Assembly: GCA_036172245.1 (NCBI GenBank)
Contig: JAYWIR010000032.1
Coordinates: 744,001-808,000, forward strand
Length of the DNA stretch: 64,000 bases
Source: Raillietiella orientalis
Taxonomy: Eukaryota
Reading direction: 5' to 3'
Under the pieces are notes generated by a model. It ran no database searches. It was not told where the DNA came from and was given only the letters and a program-made list of their open reading frames with translations. A program made the position numbers and the translations under genes. Below are positions 14,880 through 28,259 of the stretch, in pieces (position 1 is the stretch's first letter; every line of letters starts with the position of its first letter).

Positions 14880-15620
14880 ATCCTATCTCAGAGGAGAATG
14901 CAGACTGGATGCAAGCAGCACAATGGACTGGAATCGAGAGATGAAAATCTTGATGCCTTTTTGTGTTCGGTTCATTTTTATTCGCCTTCAAAGTCTGAAT
15001 AATTCCTTTCATTCAAGGGAACCCAATTTTAGGTCAAGAAATATGATTATGATCTGCACCACCGATGATTTTTGAAAAGAGTAAATTTCCATGATGGCCT
15101 TGGATAAGGCTGGATTGAATATTTATAAAGAGCAGGAACAAAACTGGGATGCAACATGGTCGGTTTGACGCGGCCTGAGCAAATGGCCGCGGATCCGCAT
15201 GCTTACATCTTGGGATGCGTTCGGAACACAGCACGGTGGAGGGAGCTTGCGGGTGTCGATGGCGAACAGCACGCGCCACCGCGCTTCCGACGCCACCCTT
15301 GGTGCAACACTCTTCGGGATGTGCGCCCTCCATGTCACACTAACCTACATTGGGAAACGAAAACATGCAAGGGAGTGTTCCATCAGAAAGCGACGGGATG
15401 GGCAAGAGTCTTGCGTCCGTGTTCGTTTCGTGGTTATTTACCGGAAAACGGAGGATCACTAATAATCCAGCACTTCCCTTGTCGAGATCAAAAACCTGCC
15501 TCGCTTTCCGTAGCGTGAACTCATTATGCAACGGCAGCTTTGGTACGAGACTTTCGCAACAGCATAGCAGGAAGATGAATTTGCATTGTCCATCGTTCTG
15601 GCCTTGCTGATCTCGAATCT
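14880..15620 (+). mobile_element. Possible PIF/Harbinger transposase relic
   Basis: Ordered remnants NSFHS...FR, WDA, WRELA, GVDG..H, KG.F, DEFAL. Confidence 0.3.
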
Positions 15621-18042
15621 TCCGAAAATGTGATTCGTTTGGTGTGCGTGGCAGCTCCTCTTCCGAGCGAAAGGACTAGGAATCTCCGATTCACCCGTAC
15701 CGAGGTGCGGGAGGAAGTGGGAGGGCAGTCGGTCGGCGAGTTTACGGCTGCTACGGAGCAGCGGAGGTTCCCTCGGGTGCACGCGCAGGGTGGTGGGGTG
15801 ACCGGAAAAAGGGGAGGGTGAAGGGGAGGAAGGAAGCAGAAAGAAACGGAGGTGTGCAGAGAGCTTCCTGGGAGGAGCAGGGGGCGCAGTCGAGAGGCGC
15901 CACCAGCCTCGTGCAGCAGCGCTGCTGCGATTCGTCGAGCGAGAGAAGAAAAAAAAAAATAACGAAATTCTCTTATCGCCGTGCGTGCCTCTTCGCAAAA
16001 TATTCGAAGGCTGGGTGTGGGAACAAAAAAAAAAAAAAAGGAACACAGACGTGGAGAAAATTCTGAGGTGGAGGTGGGGGAGATGAAAAAAGTATCGTAA
16101 AAGCGTATGAAAAAAAGTGGAGTATCCGTATTCGAAGGGAATGCTGTTTTACGATCGAAATTCCATTTCCGCATTCAGCTTTTTATCACTCGGAGCAAGG
16201 AGGTGCAGCGAGACAGTCATCCCAGCATTTCTAATCTTCCGTTTTCCTTTTACTTTGTTTCAAATTTATCTTCACCATTGTCCGACGGGAGCGGTCGCCA
16301 GGAAATCGGTTTCCAAAGCGAGAAGAGCTCTCGGCGTGGAGGATTTCGGCGCAGGTCCACCTCCACGCACTCGTACCGTTCCTCGAGCGCCGCCGACAGG
16401 GATGGCTGCCGCCGGTCCGATGAAGTCATCGGATGCGACCTAGAGCCTGCCCCAGCGGACGGCGCGTGTGCAGCGAAAGAAAAAACGCTGCGGCCCGCCG
16501 CAGGCCGGACACTCTATCAAGAACAGTTCTTTCCAGGAACTTTCAGCGGACCCGGAGGAGACGCCAGAAAGCGCCAGGCGACCTCTTCGAATCCTGCTGA
16601 TGACGTGCGGACAGAGGGAATCGCTCCTCGCGGGGACCTTGTTTCCTCGACTGCCGTGCCCGTCAGAGCAGGTAAACGAAGAACATGGTCCTCTCTTCCG
16701 AGAAACATTGAGGTTGGCGCTGCAAAGAGACTGAGGAGGGGAGGAGGGGTGAAACGAAAGAAGCAAAGGAAAACAAAACGAAAACTGCACCTCGCCTCGC
16801 CGAACTCGCATGCGTGACGCGCACCCTCCCATCCGCGGGTTCATTTCACTTTCTTCGAGCTCCTCTGATCGCTGGCGGTGGGATTTTCAGAGCAGCCAGC
16901 ATCCACGCTTTTCTTGCTTTCTGTCTGTTTTCTTGGATGGGTCCGCGAGCGCTCTTCCACAAGGACCCCGTTTTCGGCGACTTCGGGCGGAGAATTACAG
17001 GTGTTCGGGGCATTTTCTTCTGCCCTTCTCCAGCCAGCAAAAAGCCCGTGAGTTCCGCGCCCCCTGCTGGGGATTCACGCGCAGCTGCTGCTCCAAACGG
17101 GGAGATGGGCCCTTGCGGATACTAGTGGCAGCGTCCCTGCTCGTGAAGCTCCCTTGCATCCCGATGTTAGTGTGGACGCTTGCGCTCCACACAGTCAGCT
17201 GTCGTGAAGCTGCTCGTGGATTCTCCAGCGCCCGTCGTCGAATCCCTCATCACGGATTCGGGAGGGAGCGCGCCGAGATGCTTTGCGCTCCTCTCAGTGA
17301 TAAAAGAGACGATCTCGTTCCGATGACATGTTCCGTTTGAAATCGGCTCTGCCCGGGATGCATTTCCTATCATCCCTCACGCCTTTTTGCCTGCAACTTC
17401 CCGGACAGGAGCGCCTGAATTGCGGAAGCGAGCTGCGAGGGGCCACCAGCTGCATGCTTCGGCACAGGGGAGCTGTCCCGGAACTCCTGTGGAATCAGAT
17501 AACCACTGGAACCAAAGAGAGCCGAATGCTGCTGCTCACGGGTCGCATACACGAGCGCGCTGCGCAGCCTGCCCTCAGAGCATCCGTGTCGAGGGGCATC
17601 CGTTGCTCACACGAGCCTGAGATCCTTATCCTTCGGCACAAGGGTTGAGCGGTTCCGGAATTCGGGTTCCGGGATCCGACCACGGCACCCGTCTCCCATG
17701 CCGAGTCGAACCAATCGATTAAGATGAGGTTCCGTTTACGTGTTTCCCGGAGCCACAGAAAAGATGGGCCGACTTACTTTGGACGGCATCCAGTTGCATC
17801 TATTCAAGAGTGATACCATGATAACCAATCATTGCAACATTGAGACACACGCACGCGCACGCACACGCACACACACTTGGGGTGGGGCGAAATGCAACTC
17901 CTTGGTTAACACCCGCTGCAGCTAGAACCCTTCTCGTTCCACGCAGCCACGTTTTCTTTTTCTGCTGCTGTGTGGCCCAGGCAGTTCCGTTTGCGTCCTG
18001 GAAGCCAGGGCTGGAAGTTGCATCCTACGCACATGGGAAGGG

Positions 18043-18825
18043 TCAACTGGCTGAAGCAGGTACACACATATCAGTTTTCTTCCTAAGATCCAAGGGGACT
18101 GAGGATTTGTCTTCAAAGGGCACCACAGTACTGCCATTGGACTTGGGAGGGCTCAGCGTGAAACAACAGCGCTTTATGGACAAATCGATGGGGTCATCCT
18201 GCTCCTCGTTCAGAGGCAGGCACATTTCTCTGGATTTAACTAAATAAGGGCTAAGGTTGATGGCCATTTCATCTACACCGGTGATATAACTTATCCTCTT
18301 GTTGAAAGGCAGTGATTGGATGGGGGGCGAAATGTAGGGGCAGAGTTTCTGGTCCTGGAAGGCTGCACCTTCTTTGATAGAACGGTAGTTCACGAATGCC
18401 TGGCTCGGGTGGAATTTTTCGTGGATCTCTAAGGAGGTCTCTGAAATTTGGGAACCTGGAGAACTGAGGACGGGGGAACAGTTCTCGTCTTTGGCGGCTG
18501 GGTTATCTGGAATCTCGAGGTCGGAGCGTTTCGACTGTTTGAGAGGGTGAAGCCCTATGTCCAGCGAATCCCCAAGAGAGCCATTTAACTGCAGGTCCTG
18601 GATGGTGCTGTCCAGGCTGGTTTGCTCTTGCAGCAAGCAGTGTATCTTGAACCAGTTGGACCTTCGACCGTAGCGAGATCCACTCTTTGACATTCCGACT
18701 TTCAGGCACTTCCGCAGTCTGCAGGCTTTACACGACGTCCTGTTCTTTTTGTTTATGGTGCACCCGCCATTGTTCTTGCACTCGTTCACTGATCCCAAGT
18801 TGTTATAAGTTCTTCCGAAGAAAGA
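18043..18825 (-). CDS. eg: Coding exon 2 of eagle/knirps-family receptor; second zinc finger, kni-box and C-terminal repression region
   Basis: Acceptor gtctttgattttcag| followed by [68 protein letters not shown], open for 260 aa to TGA at 18045-18043. Joins exon 1 in frame (CEGCK|SFF). Contains PIDLS and PLDLR; no LBD. Confidence 0.95.
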   Translation of the reverse strand, partial: SFFGRTYNNLGSVNECKNNGGCTINKKNRTSCKACRLRKCLKVGMSKSGSRYGRRSNWFKIHCLLQEQTSLDSTIQDLQLNGSLGDSLDIGLHPLKQSKRSDLEIPDNPAAKDENCSPVLSSPGSQISETSLEIHEKFHPSQAFVNYRSIKEGAAFQDQKLCPYISPPIQSLPFNKRISYITGVDEMAINLSPYLVKSREMCLPLNEEQDDPIDLSIKRCCFTLSPPKSNGSTVVPFEDKSSVPLDLRKKTDMCVPASAS

Positions 18826-21800
18826 CTGAAAATCAAAGACAAGATTCATTCGTTAGGAGCTGCAGAAGAAGCTCTGGAAGTTGTCGGATTCATCGACCAT
18901 CGCGCGAACGCTTTGTTTTTGTTTTTTAAAGGGTGCGTGTGCACATCCTCGCTCCCCTTCCTTCCACAGCTGGACCATTTCCAGCTTTTGTGTCGCGGAG
19001 ATAAAAGGTTTTTTTGTTTCTTTCCAGAAATTAGGACCGCGTTGTCCATTTCAAATGAAGGAAGGAAGGCCGCGCATCAACTCTTTCCCCTTCGTTTCTG
19101 AACACCTGCCAAAGATAATGAAATCAGGAAGGCGGAAGAGCGGATGAAGGTGGTCTTCGAATTTATAAGGGAGAAGGATCAGATTCTCACGAAGCGACAC
19201 TCTTGCCTCGAGTTATTTCAGCAGCAGCAGATATTTTAATGTCAGAAATATGAACTGAAAACGATTTACGAAACAAACTTACCGTTCCCCTGTAATTTTT
19301 GGCGATACAATTTTTTGTTGTTGTTGTTGAGGCCTCCCGGAAAAAAATGCCCTCTCATGTGAAAGAATGCCCTCTCACTCTCTGCCTTTCAGTAATTAAG
19401 ATATACTTGGATAGGAACAAAAAAACTGATCTCCATTCGTTTCCTCAGAGAACGCTTCCAAGGGCATCTTTCTAGACAAATAACGCTTCTCTCGGCCACA
19501 GGAGCAGCCAGGTTTGGACAGCCGAGGTTCTCGGGACAAAAAAAAATGCTCCAAGAATCACGAAAGTGTATCGACTGACTTAACCGCCCTACTCTTCAAT
19601 CTCCTCATCCTTTCAGAAACTGTCATGAGTGAGCCCGAATGACTTCCGTTCATCTGGCAGCTCCTCCGTAATGAAGACTTCACTTTGGAATTACTTGTGA
19701 AGAGGGTTGAGGATAGCACTGCCGTTTTGTATAGGTGGCTCGAAATCGGGAAGACTTCCCAAGCGGCATCACGGAATGCTCCTTCCAAGGTCTTCCACCA
19801 GGTGTAAGGTCATCCTTTGCGGTGTTCAGCATAACAAAGGGCAGCCTGGTTTTCATCCAAGTAACGCAAACCCTCGTCTTTTGGACGATTTTTAAAACGA
19901 ATTTTCAGAGGGAAGTGGACTCCTTGATTTCACCTTTGCAGAGTTGGGGACTCCGGACTTGGGGACACCTTCGCTCGAGCACATCCCGGTCGCGGGAGTG
20001 CAGTGCGCAAAACGCACCTGGGCATGCTCAAAATCTCGAAAAAAGAATGACTCTTTCCACCTTCCTCCTGGGGTCATCACGGATGTACAGCAGATCCATG
20101 ATTTCGAAAATGTTCCGAAGAGGCCTCTAGGACGTCTGTGGACGAAACAAGTGAGGCCTGATTAATACCGAAGGTGAAACGAGATACCAAAGTGTTCTTG
20201 CTTCCGGATCTTTGGCACCCTGATTTAAACTAGCAGCGACCTGCGGAAGTGTTTTTCTTTCGTTTTCACGTTTGCAGTTCTTCAGCGAACACACGAGCGG
20301 CCCCGCTAACTTTCCATGACTTCGGATCTACTGCGTGCCTTGCTGAGAAGCTTTTGGTCACCCAGGAAAGATTTCAACTCCTTCAGGTTGGCCATGCCGA
20401 AAGATCCAGAGTGTTCTCTTCCTAGTGAACTCTCGTGAGCGATTTTGACCCCGTGCGGTTTTCCAAAAGTGGAACAGGGTGAAAATTCGGTGAGGCCACG
20501 GGATAAAAAGGCAATACAGATGGATGACATTTGAAGTTTTCCTGGTGACTTCCTTTGTGACGATCAGATGCCGCGGAATTCACGATCCGGCTAATGATCT
20601 GTGTCCTTTTCCTGAGGACACTTTTTATCCTGCCGGAGGCGCCGGCCGAAAACGATGTTTGAAGAGAAAGTCCCGGGGCTGTCGGATCCACACACCGAGT
20701 ACGAGAGCAAAGATGAAAACCGAAATTGCGATGTGGAATTCCTGACTTGGTTTCCAAGTGGAGGTTGCATTAGTGGATGCTCCAAAACGCAATGAGAAAG
20801 GTGCCGGACAGCAGAATCACGCGATGGTTTGCATCGAAAATTACGGGGAGAAATTTATGAGCCGCTCTCATTGAGACGGTTCTCACAAGCCCCAAGAGAA
20901 GGAACTTCCCTCTCCTAATGAATTCGTGGAGGACTGCGAACCCGGCTTGAATTCATCTGCCTGAAACACCGCAACATTCCGGGGCAATACTGAGCCCATC
21001 ACGTGTGGACTACCACGGCAAGAGTGTAGGAGAGTAAAAAGCCAATCTCCACAAAGATCCCTCTCAGCACACCCCCACATCTTCTCTGATGGAGTGACGT
21101 TTGAAACACCCGAGTCCTCCAGTGAGCAGCACAAGCGACTACGAAAGTCCGTTTCCAGGAGCGGGCGCAGGCGAAACCGCATGTGCCGTTTTTTGTGGTC
21201 GTCGCTCTTGAGCTCATCTCCATGGGCTTCCCTCTTTTGCAGGAATCTGAGCAGCTCCTTTGGAGAGAACTGCTCTTCAGCCGGGAAACTCCTGCGCGGC
21301 TCGGGTCAAACGAAAAAAAAATCGCCCGCTTTGCGACAATCCTCTCTATTCCGCGCCGATAGCCGTCGGCTCTGTGACGCACTGCTTGTGATGCTCCGAT
21401 AGTGATTGGCGTGATCGATTCACCCGGAATCCCCTACGTCCGTGCTCCCGAGATTAAGGTCGGAGGATTCACGGCGCATCCTGAACGCCTTCTTTCGGGC
21501 CCCCGTCTTTCGGATCGACAACAACGGGCGCATTTGGTTAAAGAAGTGTTACTTTAGTGTTTCCTTCGAACTGAGCGTTCCCACATTTCCTGAAGGAGGC
21601 GTTGCACATCAACCTGACATTTAATGCCAACGCTTCGTTTCTCCCTTTCAGCCGTGGTCAGTTACGGGAGAGCTGGCAGGGAGGAGGGGATCCTCGCGCA
21701 TGCAACTCAATCGCGAAATATGGCCTCGTTTTCTTTCCGTGATTCGTCCGAAAGGATGTATGTGTGTGCGTCTGTGTGTGTTTTTCCTAATTTTGGTTCA

Positions 21801-24800
21801 GCAAATAGAGGATCAGTCGCGGACGTTTATTATAATACGCAAGTTGTCAAGATACAAGCAGATAACAGCCAGATAATAGCGGCAAAAAACCGCATCCACG
21901 ATGCGCGTCCAGTCCGCGCGCACTTCAGCGCTCGCGTCTGGCGATTTCCGCAAAGGAAATTTCGTCGCTCTGCAAAGAAAGTTTGCCCTCTCTCGCGCGT
22001 ATTTATTTGCTCAGCGCATTTGTGTGTGTTCCTCCTTCACATGGGGAAAATCTCCAAGCAGGAGGAGGAGGAGACGAAGGTCAGCAGAGTTTTCCTTTTC
22101 GTTCCGACAGCAAGATTTTCTGCCGCTGCGGCGGAGCCGCGCTCCCGAACTGGATCGAAAAGATCGCTTCGTCTCGCCGCCGCTGGCGAGCCGAAGAGGA
22201 CCCGAGGGAGGAAGGGAAAGAAAAGAAAAAGAAAAAAAGACATCTCCGCGAGGGGACGAGCTCGCTTCCTCTCCTCTTCCCCCGTGGATGCAGCGAAACT
22301 GGAGGAACGTCGCGGTGCCGAGATGGTCGGGGAACATCGCGGTTTTTGGCACCTGCGGAGAGAGATGCCGGGGAGGAGAGCGCAGGGAAAGACGGAAGCA
22401 CGGTTGCGGACGGTAGCCCTGGGGTCAGTGAAGAGAATGGGCTCGGGCACGCGCTGCCAAAGGGCGTAGCGCCCTCCCTCCCGTCGACGGGAAATTTCGC
22501 ACCCGGGAGAAACCAGGCGGATAGGACGAAACGGATTTTCACCCTCATCCGAATCTCGCCGCCCGCGCTTAGCAACAGCGTCCCTTGAGAGGACCCGAAG
22601 CAGGATGACCCGAGAACTGACAGAGTGAAAGGTCCGGATGCAGATCAACCTGCGTCGTCTTTCGGCTCCTCACGTGGCGAAGTCGCTCCGAGGCCACGGG
22701 CGAATTCGGAACCGAATCCGGGAAGGTCTTGTCCGCGACGGCAAAAACGATCCTCCGGGAAGCAAACTCGATCGAAGGGGGAAGGGATCACTGAGAGATT
22801 CGCGCGCACGCTCCTCGGAAGCGAAGCCCGCGAAGCAGCCGTGGAGGGAAGGCAGGTGAGTCCACAGTCGGCGGATGGCCGCATCCAGAACGGGAACGTC
22901 GCGCGTCCCGAAATGAGGAATGCGCAGTGTTCAGCGCTGCACTCTGATTGGACGGCTGGAACGCCACACCAATGGTGAATGCGGACTGTCGAAAGCTTCC
23001 AGATCGAGGATACCATTGGGTGTTTCTGCGATCACGTTCTGAGGCGCAGGGAACGGGAGTAGCAGAGGGCGATGTTCGGTATGACGATGGCAGGCCAGGC
23101 AACGAGCCACCCACGAAAGCCCGGGAGCTCGAGGCTCTCTACCCCCTGTCCTACGGACTCGGAAGTCCTCAGGGTAGAAGGGAGATATTTATATTTTCTC
23201 TTCTTCCTTGAGGGAAGTTTTTTTTTTTTCCTGCGATTCTGGAAAGCGCTCCTGGCAAGCTTTCCTCAGCAGGAGACGCAGGGAGGCCGCCACACGGGAA
23301 ACGAAGCGATCCTATCTATTTGAACGCTCCCTCACTTCTTTCACAGCTCATGGTGGCGACCGCCGCCGGATCTTCCGGCAACTCCTTCAGTGTGTTTTCT
23401 CTCTGCCTCCACGTTCCGAGGGGCTGCGCGTGGAGGCTGGAACGACGGGAAAGCGGTCGCACGCTCCACCTTTCGGAAAGAACGTTCCGGGTTTACAGGG
23501 CGGACGCAGCGGCGTCCTCTTCGCCAAAGAACCTGTGGATCGATGAAGTTGGATGAAGAGAGGGGAAAGGGGGATCAGTCCGCGCTTTTCCAGTAGACTG
23601 CTGCGTGTCCAGATGACCAACGTGCCTCTCTCCCGCATCTTGACCTTGCAGGCAGACGAACAGCAGCTTCCGCGCGCGATTCCTTGCTGATCTCCCGGGG
23701 ACAGCGCGCGCATGCTGCAAAAGCACCGCCGCGGCGATCGTCCCAGTCCTTTTCCTGGGCCGACAGGGCATGCCCATCCCCACCCCCACCGAAAGTTGCG
23801 TCGCCGGTGTCCACCTGGGTGGAAAGCGGCATCCGCGGTTCCGATCTTGCGTGATGATCTTGCGGTGCTTTGCGGCAAAAGGTCGACCGAGACGTCAGAT
23901 GAAACACCATCTGATGTTCGGCGATCCGAGATATGTCTCGTGTCCGGCAACGTCCGACTTCTGCCTCCGCGTGATTCAAGGAAGGCACTGAGGTTTCTCT
24001 TCCGCTTCTTGAAGATCGGAGACCTGATTGCTGCTGCACCATCCGGAGAGCGCTTCTGGATTCTTTGTCCTCAGCAAAACAGCGCCTCGTCCGTCACGTG
24101 GCTCCTTTTTCTCCTTGTCCCTTCGCGACTGATGTCGATCTCATCCAGGACTCCCGGGGAAAAATCTCCAAGGAGACATCGTCCGCCCGATACGCAAGCA
24201 TGCAAACGTTCCCGGAGCCGTCGTCCGTGGGAAGGGACCCGGTTGGAAATGCGGGGTCGAGGGCGTCTCCTGCCGGTGCACGCCATGCGGGAAACTTCGG
24301 TTCCTATATGGCTGCAGCTCACATTCGCCGTCTTCACTGAATGCTTGTTGGTCCAGCATCCCGTCTGCTTCCCCTTCCGGTCAGAGGCAAATGCTGCTCC
24401 AGCCACAATGAGCTAGAGTAGGTGGTGGAAGGAAGGAGGAACGGGAGGAGAAAGAGGTGAACGAAGTCCATCTCCATTGAGAGGAGATGTCGTGTGCGGC
24501 TAACGCCAGCAGCCCCCGCGGAACGATTTTGCCACCGGGAAAAAATCCCGATTCCCTCAATGAGGCTGGAAGGACTCCGCTTCGATCGGACGGGTTTGCT
24601 CGTCCCCAGTCCCCGTGCGGGGAAACAGCCCCGCGTCGTCGCGTGGCCACCTTCCTTATCCCCCCTGGAAAAGATTTCATCTGATCTGGGTACTTCGCGA
24701 AGGATCTCCGATGGGATCTCATCCTCTGTTTGCACGCAAGGGAACGTTCCAGAAGCTCCTCACGCCAGGACGTCCTGGTAAACCGCGCAGAGCCGATCCG

Positions 24801-25560
24801 CCTTCCTGATCGCTGCCGCCTATTCCCCTTTCGCGGAGGATGTCCGTCTATCTCCGTCCCTCTCGCGTGACCCGCTGGTCCGGCGGCCACGCGTGCATCT
24901 GCCCTCCCGGGTACCCTGCGGCCGCGCGCGATGCTTCACCGGGATGGCGCTCCTAGCGGCGGTTTTCCGAAAACACGAGGCGCACTCCCTGCGACGCTCT
25001 GGCATGCGTTCCTGCCGGTGTCCCGAGGAGATCCGGCCGTGCCCAGTCTCCCAGACAACCGGCCGATGGTCTCCACCCGCGGCGCCGCAGACTTCTCGCG
25101 CGCTCCAGGAAGGACAGCGGCAGCGGAAACTCCCGCGGTCCGATAGCGGAGAAGCCGTCCATGCCGTGGGGAACTGAGGCCTCGGATTGGACTGGGATTT
25201 TCCTGGGGAGTTCCTCTGCCTCAGCTTCCTCTGGGACGCATAGGCGGAGTCCACACCGCTGCGCCCGCAGACGTCCTCAAGGAGTACGCGCGACGCGGTG
25301 AGACCCGGAGGCTCGCAAACGACCACCGCCTCCGGGGACTCCGTTGAGCCGGACTAAGGGATTCGAGGGGCAATCTCCTCACCAGAAGTGAGACAGAAGC
25401 GGCGGCTTCGAAAGCGGCGGAGGCTGCCGCCAGGAGTGCTACCAGCACGCGAGGAAGAACGGGAGAAAGACGGTCAGGGGAGCTTCCCTGGCAGCCCGCC
25501 ACGGCTTGGGCGGCGCTGCCATACTGCTCTTGTCTTCCCAGCCCCGTGACAAGTCTTTAC
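18826..25560 (-). other. 6735-nt GT-AG intron splitting the DNA-binding domain after CEGCK
   Basis: Canonical GT and AG ends; splicing restores the continuous NR0A DBD. Confidence 0.93.
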
Positions 25561-25638
25561 CTTGCATCCTTCGCAAGTGAACGCTCCGAAGTGAAAGCCG
25601 GCTGCCGGCTCTCCGCAGACCTTGCACAGCTGATTCAT
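25561..25638 (-). CDS. eg: Coding exon 1 of eagle/knirps-family (NR0A) nuclear receptor; first zinc finger
   Basis: Translates [26 protein letters not shown] (26 codons). Ends at donor AAG|GTAAAG (intron starts 25560, phase 0). The ATG directly follows a polypyrimidine-AG acceptor (ctctctcgttccag|ATG). MNQLCK and GRTYNN match eagle rather than kni/knrl (MNQTCK, GRSYNN); the symbol is tentative within the family. Confidence 0.95.
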
Positions 25639-27435
25639 CTGGAACGAGAGAGTCAGGTCAGGTCGCAGCCCGGAGCGCTTGGCCACCGCCATCGCCGCCA
25701 CGTGCGCACCCATGTCTATCCTCTTTATCCTCCCCTAACCTACCCTCGGGTAGAAAAAGGGAGAAAGAGGAAGAAAGGGGAGATGCAAGCAGCGGAAAGA
25801 GGAATGGTGCAGGAACAAGGAAAGCAGGGAGAGAAGGTGGTGGAAGGGAGGAAGAGGATAAGAGGAAGCAGGGATCGAAAGCAAGGCCTCCTTGCCGGGA
25901 TGTCCGCACGCTGCCGAAGGGGAGAGGGTTCGGGGCAGGAATGCGCTTCCATCGTGAAGGCGAGGGAAGCCCGGGCACCTGAGGCATCCTCCTACCGTGG
26001 AGTGCCTCAGGAGAAGACCGCGCTCGGGTTGTTTCCTTGGCAACCAGGGCAGCGTCCTTCTCCGAAGGGCTCGCGCGTGGGCCGGGACCAGGAAGCCCTC
26101 TCACACCCTCTACTATCCTGATGGCACGACCTTCCAGGCCGTAGAAGGGCAGGAAACCCTCGCGCCCACCTCTCCACCCCTCTGCAAGGTCCTCAGCCAC
26201 CCTCCCTCTGGAGGAGAAAAAAAAAGGTGAGCAGGCCATGAGTATCTCCACCTTCTCAGTCCATTCCCTGCGCCAGCTGCCGGGAGACCTCGGGAAAACC
26301 TCACGTCTATGGATGCTTCCTTCGTTGCCGGGCAACGGGGAGGGAGAGGGTGGACAGGCAGGTCGGGCCGAACCTTCCCCCTCCCCTCTCCCCCGCTTCC
26401 CTGAGAACGCATGCTGGGCGCCACGGAGTGCCCCCACAGTCTCCACTCCTTCACGTCCGCTGGCGGTTACCCTGGAGACGGAGATGCTGCCGACAGCTTC
26501 TTCCCCGCCCGAAGGCCACTTGCTCGTCGAGCGACCGAGTTCCGCCGCTACGCCCAACGAGTGATCGTGCGATGGGAAGCTCCCTTGCGTGAGGGAAGGG
26601 CACCCGCCCATACCCGCAGAAAGGGTCGGTAGTCCCTGATAACCGGGCGTCGTTCGGGTGGAAGTCAGCGTAGGAGATCACCTCGCAGCCCTGCTCGCGG
26701 GGTCAGGGTGGGGAAGGGGAAAAGGGAGGAAGACTCTCCTCGGAAGATCCTTTGGATCCCGAGGGAGGGAAAAAAGGGAGGAGTAGGAGGAGGTCCCCCT
26801 GGAACGTCCGCCAACGGCAGCTCCTGCGCTCGCGTCCAGGGGTGCCACCTCCGACCTGCCGCCACCGGTTCGCGGGGACCTCCGAGAGGATTGCATCGCC
26901 CTGTTCCCACCCTACCGACCCACCGTACTCCCCGGGGGGATGGCCATGCAAAATCTCCCATCTGCCCGCCCGCCCTTCCTACCTGGGGAGTCCGCAGAGC
27001 GACGTGGCGCGAAAGCCGGACGGCGGCGATCCCGGTGTCTCACTGGTCGCTGGCCGGCCTGGAGGGCAACGGGTGGAGGAGGACCTTCGCGACCGGAAGA
27101 CCTTTCGGAAGCATCCTCTCCTCCCGGTCTTCCTGGAGGGGGGGGGGGCTCTGCGGCGTTTCCTTCCTGGACGATCCCTCCCTCTCGGGTGCGCGCGCGA
27201 AACGAGACGGCACGCCAACCACCGCCGGACCGCACCGCGGGTGATGCTCCGCGCGAATGCTCCGCGCTCCGATGCTCCGTTGACGGATGACATCACCACG
27301 GTTACGGGGATAATTGCTCTAGGTGATGCCGCCGCCGCCCGCCGCCCCGCTCGTCTCTCTCGCTCTCCCCGGCCAGATCCCGCTCCCGGCGCCAACCTCT
27401 CTCTCGCGGACTCTCCGCCTCATCCTCTCGCTGAA

Positions 27436-27680
27436 GGAGGAGGAGGTTGGAGGAAAAAAAAAGGATGAGGGAAATGAGGAAGATGGGAGCAGAAGTAAAA
27501 CAAGGAAGCCAGGAGGAAAAAGGGAGAGGAAGGGAGGTAGAGAAGGGAAAGAGGAGGAAGATGAAAAGAGGAGGACGAGGAAAGGAGGAAGAGGAGGAAA
27601 GGAGGAGAAGGAGGAAAGGAGGAAAGGAGGAGAAGGAGGAAAGGAGGAGAAGGAGGAAAGGAGGAGGAGGACAGAGGTAG
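27436..27680 (+). repeat. Polypurine (GGA/GAA) low-complexity tract
   Basis: Almost only G/A, e.g. ggaggagaaggaggaaag repeated. Confidence 0.9.
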
Positions 27681-28259
27681 GGCATGCACCGTACACGCAT
27701 CTTCCGAGAATTTTTGAGCTCAGCCCCTCGTAGGCAGTCAACAGAGACGCTGCAGGAAGCAGAGCGAGAAGCAAACGGGAGGGTGGAGACGGAGCAGGGA
27801 GACGAGGAAAGAAAGGAGGCTGCCAAGGCGACAACTGGTGCGCGCGCAGACGTCCCAGGGCAGGCATCCTTCATGCTTTGGCGAGATCGCAGGAGCAACG
27901 GGAGTTTTCTCGTCTCCCCCTTCCCTCCCTCTCGTTTTCCTGCTTTTCGTCCTGCCCTTTCGCTCCCTTCATCCAGCCTCCTCCCCCTTTCCTCCCCACG
28001 CGGGAGCGAGAGCTCCTCCGACAAAGGGGCGAAGTAAACAGAGGGATTTCCTGCTCGAGGTCCGCCTGCCGCGCGGCCCCTCCGGCGAGGTTCACCGTTA
28101 GGCGACCCTTTCGCTACCGCCGCCGCCGCCCGCCCTTCCTCGTGGGGCCCGCGCCTACGAGAGGGCGAGCGGCGGTTCCCGAAGGGGGAAGTGCGCCACC
28201 TGCGGGGGCAGCGGAAGAGCCCGAGCGGGAGTCAGATCCTCTTGAGGGCCGCCGCACAC

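Noticed and set aside
18826..18849. ORF-track start MNLVFDFQ
   Set aside because: Intronic acceptor sequence; the true N-terminus comes from the 25561-25638 exon.
19550..20150. Possible LINE RT remnant in the coding intron
   Set aside because: Motifs too weak to support a call.
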